A model generated the notes under the pieces. That model made no database searches and had not been told where the DNA came from. It worked only from the letters and a program-made list of their open reading frames with translations. This document shows positions 54,505-64,000 of a DNA stretch of 64,000 nucleotides, piece after piece. Source of the stretch: an uncultured Acidimicrobiia bacterium (GTDB lineage: Bacteria; Acidobacteriota; Terriglobia; Versatilivoradales; Versatilivoraceae); the NCBI GenBank assembly GCA_963786955.1, contig CAWBAT010000009.1, positions 320,001-384,000 on the forward strand, in the 5' to 3' direction. Numbering within the stretch: position 1 is the stretch's first letter; every line of letters begins with the position of its first letter. Position numbers and translations under genes: made by a program.

Positions 54505-55089
54505 ATGGCAAAGCCCACACGAAAGAATATCGTTGAGGAACTTTTGAAATCTTACAGCATGGAATTGGAGACAGTGACTAACTATCTTTCGAACTCGATC
54601 AACCTGGATGGGGTCCGTGCAGAAGAAATTAAAAAAGCTTTAGCGGCAGACATCACTGAGGAATTAATGCATGCGAAGCAACTCGGCGATCGAATTAAGC
54701 AGCTGGGAGGATCGGTACCCGGATCACTGAAACTAAGATTCGGCCAGGTTGCTTTGCAACCCCCCAACGACACAACCGATGTGATCAGCGTGATCGTCGG
54801 CGTCATTAAAGCAGAGGAGGGTGCGGTCGCACAATACAACAAGATCATTCGCCTTTGTGAGGGTGATGATTATGTCACTCAGGATCTCTGCATTCGACTG
54901 CTTTCCTCGGAAGAAGCCCATCGCGTGATGTTCGAAGGTTTTCTGAAGGAGTACCGGAAGAAATCCTCAAGACAGAAGTCATTCGACGTAAATTCCTTAA
55001 TTTGTAAGAGCACTTTTCGGGCCGATGCGCGACGCCCAGATCGCGCACTACGACTACTTTCCGAAGGTCTACAAGCCGGAACTCATTAG
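54505..55089 (+). CDS. Ferritin-like di-iron protein (Dps/bacterioferritin-like)
   Basis: AGGAGG RBS; ELET..NY, EELMHA, AEEGA..QY, EEAH carboxylate/His motifs; last ~40 aa doubtful. Confidence 0.85.
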   Translation: MAKPTRKNIVEELLKSYSMELETVTNYLSNSINLDGVRAEEIKKALAADITEELMHAKQLGDRIKQLGGSVPGSLKLRFGQVALQPPNDTTDVISVIVGVIKAEEGAVAQYNKIIRLCEGDDYVTQDLCIRLLSSEEAHRVMFEGFLKEYRKKSSRQKSFDVNSLICKSTFRADARRPDRALRLLSEGLQAGTH

Positions 55090-55200
55090 TTCCGGCCCAC
55101 CGACAAGCCGCTGTTTATCCCGAAGGACAAGCTGTCGTCCGGGCTTTGGTTGAAACCGCCCGCTAGAGCGAGCGCGAAGGTGGAAGGTGAGAAACCGTGA
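55022..55200 (+). pseudogene. Probable 3' remnant of a foreign gene
   Basis: Abrupt onset of GC3-rich codons: PMRDAQIAHYDYFPKVYKPELI../FRPTDKPLFIPKDKLSSGLWLKPP..KP*; no RBS or N-terminus. Confidence 0.4.
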
Positions 55201-55424
55201 TTCATTGAACCGGTTGTGGTTGTTAAGGAGATCTCAAGCTCGTCGACCGCTCAGGGATACTTGCTACAGATTTCTGGCGCGATCACGTTTTGAGAGACGA
55301 AGGGTAAATGAGAGGGGAAGACCTGGGGAGAAGGGGCGATTCGCCGAAAGCAAAAAGAGACAGGTGTCACTTTACTTTTCACGTTTGTATTAGTAAGGTC
55401 TGCTTTAAACGGAGGAAAGCACCA

Positions 55425-57367
55425 ATGGCAGAACACTTCAGGTGGCGATCTCATCTGTCGGATGGAATCGCTCTCTTCGCGGCCGTCGCGCTGCTGGCTA
55501 TAAGCTCCGCGCCCGTGAGCGCCCAGGTGCAGCCGCCGAAGCCGCAGCCGCCGGAGAAGCATTACCAGGCCGCTCGGGACGCCCTCACGAGAGGCGACAC
55601 GGATAACGCCAAACTCGAGGTGAAGCTTGCGCTCCAAGACAACCCGCTCGATGCGGCAGCGCACTTCCTGCTTGGCCAGCCTGCTCGCGCTGCAGGGGGA
55701 GAACGACCAGGCGATCGTGGGGTTTCAGAGAGCGTTAACGCTCGATCCGACCAACGCCGAAGCGCTCTACAACCTGGGAACGATGCTGCTCTGGCGGGGA
55801 GAAGCGCTCCTGGCCTCCCGCCTGCTCGAGAACGCCGTCTCGATCCGCCCCGGTCACGTCCCGTCTTACAACAATCTCGCAAAGGCTTACTACCTGACCG
55901 GGCTCCCCGAGTTGGCCATCGGCACCTACGAGGAGGCGCTTCGCCGCGACCCGTCGAATGCCATCGCCCTCAAGAACTTGGCAGTCCTTGCCGAGGGCGC
56001 GGGCCTCCACGAGGCGGCAACTGCCTACCGGCGACGTCTCGAGGCACTCGGGCTGGCCCAGACCGCGCTGCCCTGACCGTAGAGCCGATCACCCTACTCC
56101 CCACCTGGCCTCTCGCCAAGGCAACGGTCGGCCCGCCCTTGCCGGCCCCGACGCCGGTCATCCATGCGCCGAAGCCAGAGGCCCGCCCGGACCAGGATGT
56201 CAATGCTCTCCGTGAGCTTCTCCGTGACTTGCCCCATGTAACGGTCGAACGGCGCGGCGGCCGGCTCACCCTCGTCGGTTGGACGAGCAGCCCGAAGGAG
56301 AAGGAGATGCTTGGCAAGATCCTCGCCGGACGGTCGGATGTCCTCGACCTGACGACGCGACGACGTCGGGGATACCCAGCGCATGATCGAGGTCGACGCG
56401 GATCATTTTTACCCTGATCAAGCTGGACCAGACCAGCGTGGGGTTCAACTTTCTGAAATTAGTGCAGACGAACTTTACTTACTTCGCTAACGAAAACGCC
56501 AACGGGGTCGGCCTCGCGGCACCCGGCACGACCGGGCCATTGATCGACCTCGCCCAACAGGGCTGGCTCTTCGTTGCGGCCGTCGACTACAGCGTCAACA
56601 TCGCGAACGCGTCGATCAACCGGGTGGCGGTCCTCGCTCGGCCGCACCTGACCACGTTGAGCGGGACTCCCGCCACATTCCTCGTCGGCGGCGAGATCGT
56701 TTTCAAGGTGTCCGGGCTTAACAGTGGCGACATCAAACCCTTCCCGTTCGGGACGACGCTCGCGGTCACCCCGACTCTGCTGCGCACTCCGGGCGAGGAC
56801 GGCACCCCGCGCGTCCACATCGCAGTCGAGGCGGGTCGTATGAGTGTTCTCACCCTGCTGGACGTCTTAACAACTGCGCAAGACCAAGTGACCTTCGACA
56901 AGGTCCGGGTCACAAGTCAAGCCGTCGTCAGCCTCGGCCAGACCTTGATCCTGAGCGGTCTCAGCCAGCGTGAAAGCCGCACAGGTCATGCTGGGGTTCC
57001 TGGCCTCATGTACGTCCCGATCCTCAAGTACCTCTTTTCGCAGAAGACAACCACCCTGAGCGATAACTCTGTGATCATCCTCCTGACGCCCCGCGATCCA
57101 GCCTTCTGGGATGAGCAGAACCGGAAGGCCCTTGCGGAGTTCGTCGAAAAACGCCGCGCCTTCCTCCAGGCAAAGCAAGGGACGCCGGAGGACATGCAGC
57201 GTTACCGGGAACGCTACCCCGACTGGGACCAAATCGCCCCCAACCGCTTCGCTTCACACTTCTTCATGATGGAAAACAGCGAACTCTACCGCAACGTGAG
57301 CGGGCAGGACCTCGTCGGTGCAGACCTCGAATTGCAGCTCCTGGGGCCAAAGCCGAAGAAAAAATGA
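55425..57367 (+). CDS. TPR + secretin (RcpA/CpaC-like) fusion protein, frameshifted
   Basis: GGAGG RBS, signal peptide, TPRs (ALTLDPTNAEALYNLG), Pro-rich linker, N3/BON-like segment, secretin core VLARPHLTTLSGTPATFLVGGEI, GQTLILSGL, GVPGL..VPILKYLFS, IILLTP. Confidence 0.75.
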
Positions 57368-57691
57368 ACGAAGGTTGATCGAGCAAGATTCCACCGACAA
57401 CAATTGGGAAGACCCCACAACTGCGCCGTTGGGACATCCTCCTGTAACGCCGGGGCCGACAAAAAATGCGTGGATCTGCCTTAAGGGTTGCAGATCTTAG
57501 ATCGTCCATCCTTTGGAAGATGATCTCAGCCTAGGACGATACTTCACGCCGTCGCGATTCTTTCCCTGTTGCTTTTTTTGCAGTAGTCAAGAGCAGGCAA
57601 CAAGTAATTGGGCGTGTCAAATTTTTCACGATGAAGCCAGGACTGAAGGAGGCAATACATCCGCGGAAACAGCAATCCCTCCAAATACAAC

Positions 57692-58615
57692 TTATTTCCC
57701 TGCGCTTTCCAGGTCGTAGGACACGTTTGTGAAATCAAATTTCCCCTTCTCCAAAGCTACACCAATGATCAGGATTTCCAGGTCCTGTTGTCCCGGGTTG
57801 AAAACTCCGTGCGCTTCACCCAAACAGACGGCAAAACCGTCTCCTTTGGAGAGCTTCTCGACTGCTCCATCTAGCGTCACGATACCGTCCCCAGAAATGA
57901 TATAGAAAACTTCCTCAACCCCGTCATGACGGTGGTACCCGAGAGACGTTTGAGGTGGGAGCAGCAGATGATCGACGTACCCCCAATTGGTGCGGAACAC
58001 TTCGGGTCCAAGCACTCTTCGATAACGTACGCTCCCCTTGCCCCCATTCATCGCAGCAACCTCTTTAAGGAGAGACCGGTCAAAGCGGGCCTGGATGAAA
58101 ACCGGTTTAGGATCCAGAGGCACTCCAACCCGATCATCTCCCAGGTCAAATGCGTCGTACCTGCCTTTGACTGTTGAAACGGCAATATTCATCCATTCGG
58201 TTGGCTGATCCGTCGGATTATAAATGGCGTGCGAACTGCCCATCCGGCAAGGCGCCGAAGCGGGCCCATTCAATTCAGATGTCCGGCCATCCACGGTAAA
58301 CTGCGCCTTGTTATCGAAGATGAAAAACATCTCTTCAATTTGGTTGTGAAAGTGATGGCCGATACCGGACCGGGGGGCTAATCGTCCCCGATGTAAAAAA
58401 AGAAAATTAGTGTAGAAATCCTCCTGGGTGAGTAAGGCATTGATCCCCATCGATCCTGCTCCCCCATGAACCCCTGCGAGCTGTTGGTATTTAGATGGAT
58501 CGTTACGAAAAATCCTTTTGGCCAAAGGAGCGTGAAGCCTTGTCTCACTGCTCAAGAGTACCGAGCACCCAAGTGTCAGAGCCAATAGCCAAACCATCCA
58601 ATGAGATTTTTGCAT
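57692..58615 (-). CDS. Exported bicupin protein
   Basis: Signal peptide; two cupin motifs GHHFHNQIEEMF and GYHRHDGVEEVF. Confidence 0.85.
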   Translation of the reverse strand: MQKSHWMVWLLALTLGCSVLLSSETRLHAPLAKRIFRNDPSKYQQLAGVHGGAGSMGINALLTQEDFYTNFLFLHRGRLAPRSGIGHHFHNQIEEMFFIFDNKAQFTVDGRTSELNGPASAPCRMGSSHAIYNPTDQPTEWMNIAVSTVKGRYDAFDLGDDRVGVPLDPKPVFIQARFDRSLLKEVAAMNGGKGSVRYRRVLGPEVFRTNWGYVDHLLLPPQTSLGYHRHDGVEEVFYIISGDGIVTLDGAVEKLSKGDGFAVCLGEAHGVFNPGQQDLEILIIGVALEKGKFDFTNVSYDLESAGK

Positions 58616-58721
58616 CTTTCCCCCCATTCTCAACAATGCAACCCGCAGGGACGAAGCATTCAACGCGGGATGCTCAGGTACCCTTCCTCCCTACTAACCA
58701 ATGAATTAACTCCTGCCCCCT

Positions 58722-59192
58722 CTACTTCCCTTTCGCTATGGGCTCATTTTCCCAATTGAAAATTTTGGTTTGAGCTTCGAATTCGCTGATCTCTTTGTTA
58801 CGCAGTCTTTTTTCCAGGTCCTTCTGAACCTTGTGTTTCAGCTTGGCTTTTGACTTCGTAATCGCTTCGATATTGGAAAAGGTATTGGATCCACCGAGCG
58901 AGATCGGCATCCGATATTCTGCCTCATACTCATTCCACTTATTTTTTGGAATACCCATTTCCTTAAAAAGGAATTCTCGCTCCGCCTTCGACGGCTTGCT
59001 TTTCACCTTCGTGAAGAGAACATCTTCTTTCCGTTTGTCGGATGCGAGAACCACATCCTGCGCACCTTTATAGGGGTTTTTTACTTTATCCTTGCTCTCC
59101 ATCACGGCGGGATCAAGCAAGAAGCAGAACGCAAGAGAGAAGACGAGAGTTGCTTGGTGCATCGCAGTTCGAGGTTTCAAGCCATACTTCAT
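58722..59192 (-). CDS. Exported Lys-rich protein with degenerate HNH-like fold
   Basis: EYEAEYRMPISLGGSNTFSNI resembles (E/D)H.IP..LGG.N..SNL; ATG overlaps the SDR stop. Confidence 0.65.
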   Translation of the reverse strand: MKYGLKPRTAMHQATLVFSLAFCFLLDPAVMESKDKVKNPYKGAQDVVLASDKRKEDVLFTKVKSKPSKAEREFLFKEMGIPKNKWNEYEAEYRMPISLGGSNTFSNIEAITKSKAKLKHKVQKDLEKRLRNKEISEFEAQTKIFNWENEPIAKGK

Positions 59193-59974
59193 TCATCTGC
59201 TCCGATGCATCGAACCGAGTGCCCGGCGTCCACATTCAGGACGCACCCCGTGATCATCGCTGAGTCGTCCGAGGCGAGAAAGGCTACCAGGTTTGCTGAA
59301 TCCTGAGGAGTCTGGAATCTTCCCATGGGGAGACGAGGTTCTCTTTCCTTCAACCAGTTTTCGTCTTGGCCCATTTCTCTTCGAATTCGCCGTTCGGTGG
59401 CGGAGAGGACCCAGCCAGGGATCATGTAATTGACCCGAATCTTGTCTTTGGCGAGGCCAACGGCAAGATTTTTCGTCATCGTCAAGAGTCCGCCTTTGGA
59501 AACCGCGTATGCAACCAGCCTGGAATCCCCTCCCAGGCCGTGCACCGACCCTGTGTTGATAATACTCCCCCCTCCGCGACTTCGCAGGATCGGAACCGCA
59601 TACTTGCATAAGAAAAAAGGACCTTTGAGATTGATGCCCAGCATATTGTCATAAAACTCTTCGGTTGTTTCCTCGAGATATGCCCGAGGGAAAATGCCGG
59701 CATTGTTTACCAGAATATCGAGGCCCCCAAAGATTTCCACGGTTTTTTGAACAGCCCTCTCACATTGCTGAGTCTGGCTGACATCGGCCAACAGAAAGGC
59801 GGCCTCTCCACCCTCAGCCTGAATCTTCGTGAGGGTTTCCTTTCCCCCGTTCTCGTCAATATCAATCATGACGACCCGGACCCCTTCTGCAGCCAATCGC
59901 ACCGCGCACCCCCGGCCCACTCCGCCACTTGCCCCTGTTACCAGGGCAATCTTTCCTTTGAGTGAATCATACAT
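59189..59974 (-). CDS. SDR-family oxidoreductase
   Basis: TGASGGVG, NNAG, YAVSK. Confidence 0.92.
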   Translation of the reverse strand: MYDSLKGKIALVTGASGGVGRGCAVRLAAEGVRVVMIDIDENGGKETLTKIQAEGGEAAFLLADVSQTQQCERAVQKTVEIFGGLDILVNNAGIFPRAYLEETTEEFYDNMLGINLKGPFFLCKYAVPILRSRGGGSIINTGSVHGLGGDSRLVAYAVSKGGLLTMTKNLAVGLAKDKIRVNYMIPGWVLSATERRIRREMGQDENWLKEREPRLPMGRFQTPQDSANLVAFLASDDSAMITGCVLNVDAGHSVRCIGADE

Positions 59975-60300
59975 AGTGTCTTTAATCCTTCATCTTTGTA
60001 TGGAACGAATAAGTTAACAGCTCTAAATAGACTAACCCTATCGGCAGGCATCTCTTCGGCAGAAAGTACGATCAATCTTGACCCTTCAGTGGACACATGG
60101 AATCGCAACCGGCAAATGCTGCAATAAATGACGTCTGACAGCTCCGAATCGGGCTGAATCGCAGCCGATGCGCCCAGTATTTCACAATGCCGGCAAAGGA
60201 CAAGCGATTTGGCGGGGGATCGATTCAAAGACGGGTCAGGTGCGAACGGCGAACTCATACAATCTTTCCAGGGGATCAAAGACCGGAAACCGGTGCTCAA
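59938..60300 (-). CDS. Possible small zinc-ribbon protein
   Basis: CRHC-x20-CSIC in an ORF filling the parB-SDR gap; start and end uncertain. Confidence 0.35.
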   Translation of the reverse strand: MSTGFRSLIPWKDCMSSPFAPDPSLNRSPAKSLVLCRHCEILGASAAIQPDSELSDVIYCSICRLRFHVSTEGSRLIVLSAEEMPADRVSLFRAVNLFVPYKDEGLKTLCMIHSKERLPW

Positions 60301-60363
60301 AGCTCAATGTGCACGAACTCTGATTTGGATGCAGTATTGATCCATGAAATTGGAAAGAGCTCC

Positions 60364-61203
60364 TTAGCTCTCGGAGGCCGAATCGCCTTTTAAAGCGTCG
60401 AGAATCGCTGTTAAAGTTTCGATCAGCTCATCCTTCTCGACCTTCGTCTTGGCGAATTTGATCTCCAAAGTGAATTCCCTGGTCGGGGGCTTAAATCGGA
60501 ATACATAACTCTTCGGTCGACCTTTTTCCCCTTGCAGCCTTTCTTTTCGTGCTTCATCGCGAGAGACTTCTCCGTGAGAAAACCGATGGATGAGCTCAAC
60601 CATTTTTTCATGGGATGGCTGGCGAACAATTTGAAGCAGCATCGACTTGCTGAGCACTTGGAATTGACGGCACAAATCCTTGATCGCCTCAGGCAAGGTC
60701 CCCACACTCAGAGTCTCGGTGACGGATGAGCGCGCCTTGCTGATCTTCTTGGCGATCTGTTCATGGGTATAGCCAAAGCGATCAATGAGCGACTGCAACC
60801 CCTCTGCCTCTTCAAAAGGGGTCAGGTCTTTTCGCTGGAGGTTTTCAATGAGTGCAATTTCCGCAACTTCGGCGTCGTCAACGTCTTTTTCGATACAAGG
60901 CACTTCCTTCAACCCGGCGGCCAAACTGGCCCGATAACGGCGCTCCCCCGAGATGATCATGAAATTGTCATTCGCCCGGTCATGCCGGACGAGGATCGGC
61001 TCGAGAACTCCCTTTTCCATAATCGATGCGGTCAAATCACTGAGGTCGCCAATGATTTGGCGGGGCTGATCGGGATTGACCTCCAACCGCTCGATAGGAA
61101 TCATGCGTCCTACCGGAGCTCCACTACGGCTGCTGAGTTCGTCTACGTAGTGAAAGTCGTGCCGCATTTTGACGGATGCAGGAAGGCCGGTTCTCTTAGA
61201 CAC
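60364..61203 (-). CDS. parB: ParB/Spo0J-family partition protein
   Basis: NPDQPR, GVLEPILVR, SGERRYRA, ALIENLQRKDL, HTH. Confidence 0.92.
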   Translation of the reverse strand: MSKRTGLPASVKMRHDFHYVDELSSRSGAPVGRMIPIERLEVNPDQPRQIIGDLSDLTASIMEKGVLEPILVRHDRANDNFMIISGERRYRASLAAGLKEVPCIEKDVDDAEVAEIALIENLQRKDLTPFEEAEGLQSLIDRFGYTHEQIAKKISKARSSVTETLSVGTLPEAIKDLCRQFQVLSKSMLLQIVRQPSHEKMVELIHRFSHGEVSRDEARKERLQGEKGRPKSYVFRFKPPTREFTLEIKFAKTKVEKDELIETLTAILDALKGDSASES

Positions 61204-61952
61204 GATCTAATACCTCGTCAGAGAGCTTAAAATATTCAGTTGCCCCTTTGGATTTTGGGGCAAAAGTAAAAATGGATTCTTTGTAGGCCGGACTTTCTTC
61301 TAAACGGATACTTTTTGAGATGATTGTCTTGAAATACCTTAGCCCCGAAAACCTCTCGAATCTGCTTATAGATCCCTTTGGCCAAGAGCGTCCTCTTATC
61401 ATGGAGCGTAATCAATACTCCAAGAACTTTGAGTTCCGGGTTCGGGCGAGCTTTGATCTTCTCAACCGTTTCCAGCAAATCATCCGTCCCTTCCAGAGCA
61501 AAATATGAGGATTGAATCGGAATGAGAAGGTGCGTGCACGCCACCAGAGCATTCACAGTAATCAATCCCAGCGTCGGAGGTGTATCAATAACGATCATGT
61601 CATATTCCTGCCGTATAGCATCCAGTCGGTCTTTCAAGCGGAAGGGGGCATCGAACTCACCCACCAGATTGCTCTCCAATTTAGCCAGAGCAATCTTCGC
61701 AGGAGCCACATCCAAATGGAGTACCGTAGTTTGCTGAATAATATCTCTAAAATGACAGTTGGAATTGACCAGAACGTCATAGACGCTCTTTTGAGTCTGG
61801 TGGATGTCCAGGAACGTCAGCGAGCTGTTCGCCTGGGGGTCGAGATCCAACAACAGGGTCTTCCGTCCCTTTCTGGCGAATGCTGCCGCTAAATTGATCG
61901 CAGTGGTGGTCTTTCCGACGCCACCTTTTTGGTTCGCAATCGCTAAAATCAT
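61196..61952 (-). CDS. parA: ParA/Soj-family ATPase (frameshifted near C-terminus)
   Basis: NQKGGVGKTTT, DLDPQAN, IDTPP; C-terminus in the 61196-61402 frame overlapping the parB start. Confidence 0.92.
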
Positions 61953-62003
61953 TAAACCCTCAAAAGCATCGGCCCTCGGGTGTTGCGCTGGGAGCCTTCG
62001 GCC

Positions 62004-62012
62004 TTATCCACA
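62004..62012 (+). promoter_or_regulatory. Single consensus DnaA box upstream of parA
   Basis: TTATCCACA in the 123-bp intergenic gap. Confidence 0.4.
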
Positions 62013-62075
62013 AGGATCTTTGAAACGTCCAGGGTGAAGACCTTTCATGGCGGACGAACGAGGGTTGAATTCGGC

Positions 62076-62562
62076 TCACATCTTATACTTCCCCAGGTCT
62101 TCATCGCCGAGGTTTTCGAGCCAGCGTTTCAATTCGTCGTCGTTGAGCTTTTCCTGCTTCGACGAGGTTGCCTTGGAATGTTTGATAACTTCCTCATCCA
62201 CGTAAATCGGTGAGTCCGTTCTCAATGCCAAGGCCAGCGCGTCACTCGGTCGCGAGTCCACTGAGATGAGATTCCCGTTTTGCATCAACCAGATCACAGC
62301 ATAAGAACGTATCATCTTTCAACTGACTCACGACCACCTTGCTCACTGAACAGCCTAACCCCTGCAATATATTCCTCAATAAATCATGGGTCATCGGGCG
62401 CGGGGTCGCCACTTTTTCAATCTCCATAGCAATGGCATTAGCCTCGAAGACCCCAACCCAGATGGGGAGTAGAGTATTCCCGTCCGATCCTTTCAAGATC
62501 ACAATCGGGACATTTGTGACCGGATCCATCATCAGACCGCGGATCTTCATTTCAATTTCCAC
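62076..62562 (-). CDS. Bifunctional nuclease family protein (DUF151), frameshift near 62305
   Basis: LPIWVGVFEANAI, RPMTHDL, DSRPSDALALALR. Confidence 0.9.
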
Positions 62563-62673
62563 CGGGCCACCTCCTCGGTCTCAGGCCGTTCATACGAACA
62601 GAGAAAGATTAGCAGAAAGAGACCAACGAGACAATCTGCCTCTCATGTCAGATTCACGCGGCGTCAGCAAGGC

Positions 62674-63997
62674 TTAAACTTCGAGCATTTCCCCCGCCAG
62701 GCTATTGGGGAAATAGTGGGTTACCTGGACCTGGACTAATTTACCGAGCCATGTTTCCTGCTGCAGGGAAGTTAACGATCTTATTTTCCGTCGTTCGTCC
62801 CATGAGTTCTCGCGAATCTTTTTGGCTCTTCCCTTCGACTAGAATTTCAAATACTTTGCCCACAAGCCGGGCATTTCGTTCCAGCTGAATCTTTCGCTGA
62901 AACTCTTGAAGTACCATCAGCCGCCGGGTCTTCTCTTCTTCAGGCACCGTGTCACCCAATTCGTAGGATTCGGTCCCCGGCCGAGGGGAGTACTTGAATG
63001 CAAAGACTGAGTCATACCGTACCTGTCCCAACAAGGAAATGGTTTCTTCAAAATCTTCCTGGGTCTCTCCGGGAAATCCGACAATGAAATCGGTCGAAAG
63101 TGCTATTTCCCGTTTTGATGCTCTGAAACAAGCGATCACCTGCAGATACTCTTCGCGAGAATAACCGCGTTTCATCAGGCTCAGAATGCGGGACGAACCG
63201 GACTGCACAGGCAAATGAATCTGGTTGCAGATTTCGGGCACGCTTTCAATAGCAAGAATGACATCAGGTGTAAAGTCGCTGGGATGTGGCGAGATAAAAC
63301 GGACTCGCTTGACACCTTCGATTGAAGCGATCCGGCGCAGCAGCTCCGCAAAAGATGGGATTTCCTCTTTCGGGGTCACTCCAGGAATTGACCGTTTGTC
63401 CGAGGAGCATGACCTCTGGATACCCTTCTGTGGCAAGCCGGCGAATTTCTTCCAGGATGTGCCGCCCCGGCCGACTGCGTTCGGGACCCCGCGAATAAGG
63501 AACCACGCAAAAGGTGCAAAACCGGTTACAACCCTCCATGATGGTTACATACGCCTTGAAGGCGCTTTCGCGTGACTGAGGATAAGATTCAAACAAGGCG
63601 GTCGGAATCCTGCGAGACATCGATGACTCTCGTCACGCCCATTCTCAACCTTTCGTAGCAGTTCAGGCAGAAATGCGTAGCTGCTGGAGCCCACTACCAG
63701 GTTCACATTCGGGGCTCTTTCAAAAATTTTCTGACCCTCCATTTGGGCCATGCATCCAAGCAAACCAAGCTTGACGCCGGGTTTTGTTGCATACACCTTG
63801 TCGATCGATCCGAGTCGGGAAAACACTTTCTGGTTGGCTTTTTCCCGAATATTGCAGGTATTCAAAAAGACAAGGTCGGCTTCAGAAGATTGTGCTGTTT
63901 CCTCATACCCCATTTGGGACAAGGTTCCCGCAACCTTTTCGGAATCATGGTGGTTCATCTGGCAGCCAAACGTTTCGATAAAAAACTTCTTTTTCAC
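62674..63997 (-). CDS. miaB: tRNA-2-methylthio-N6-dimethylallyladenosine synthase MiaB (frameshifted)
   Basis: [26 protein letters not shown] radical-SAM motif, [23 protein letters not shown] domain. Confidence 0.93.
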
Positions 63998-64000
63998 GCG

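Noticed and set aside
55308-56417. 369-aa ORF-track protein taken at face value
   Set aside because: Its middle is an out-of-frame reading of the TPR region, produced by compensating frameshifts
61953-62075. Chromosomal origin (oriC)
   Set aside because: Only one DnaA box, no AT-rich unwinding element, and no dnaA/dnaN nearby
1-64000. CRISPR array, rRNA, integrase or transposase
   Set aside because: No regularly spaced direct repeats or recognisable motifs were seen by eye; the only repeats found are REP-type palindromes

Overview
Bacterial chromosomal segment, probably from an Acidobacteriota-like organism (inferred from the PSCyt/DUF1549/DUF1553 + DUF1501 pair, fused Kgd, PilZ variants and GTAG-type REPs). 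It is mostly housekeeping and metabolic genes: 2-hydroxyacid dehydrogenase, asparaginase, AlaX, thrC, nitrite/sulfite reductase, xylonate dehydratase, lnt, nfeD/slipin, mazG, M3 peptidase, kgd, parAB, miaB. It also holds a CusCBA-type copper efflux locus with unusual accessory genes and a GC-rich segment encoding a TPR-secretin fusion. At least 15 genes, including conserved ones, carry 1-2 bp frameshifts, most simply explained as long-read indel errors, so many boundaries are reconstructed by eye. No rRNA, tRNA, CRISPR array or transposase was recognised. The most novel-looking signals are: (i) a tandem pair of unknown helical paralogues hidden by frameshifts (53139-54013) next to a membrane-anchored PilZ gene; (ii) a recurring sigma-54 + IHF promoter architecture in front of four orphan loci, including an unannotated 39-aa peptide; (iii) a Cys/Pro-rich exported leader ORF plus NosL-like and tandem HxH..C proteins in the copper locus; (iv) an exported, basic, apparently catalytically dead HNH-fold protein; (v) an orphan TPR-secretin fusion. 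All family assignments come from motif recognition, not database searches.
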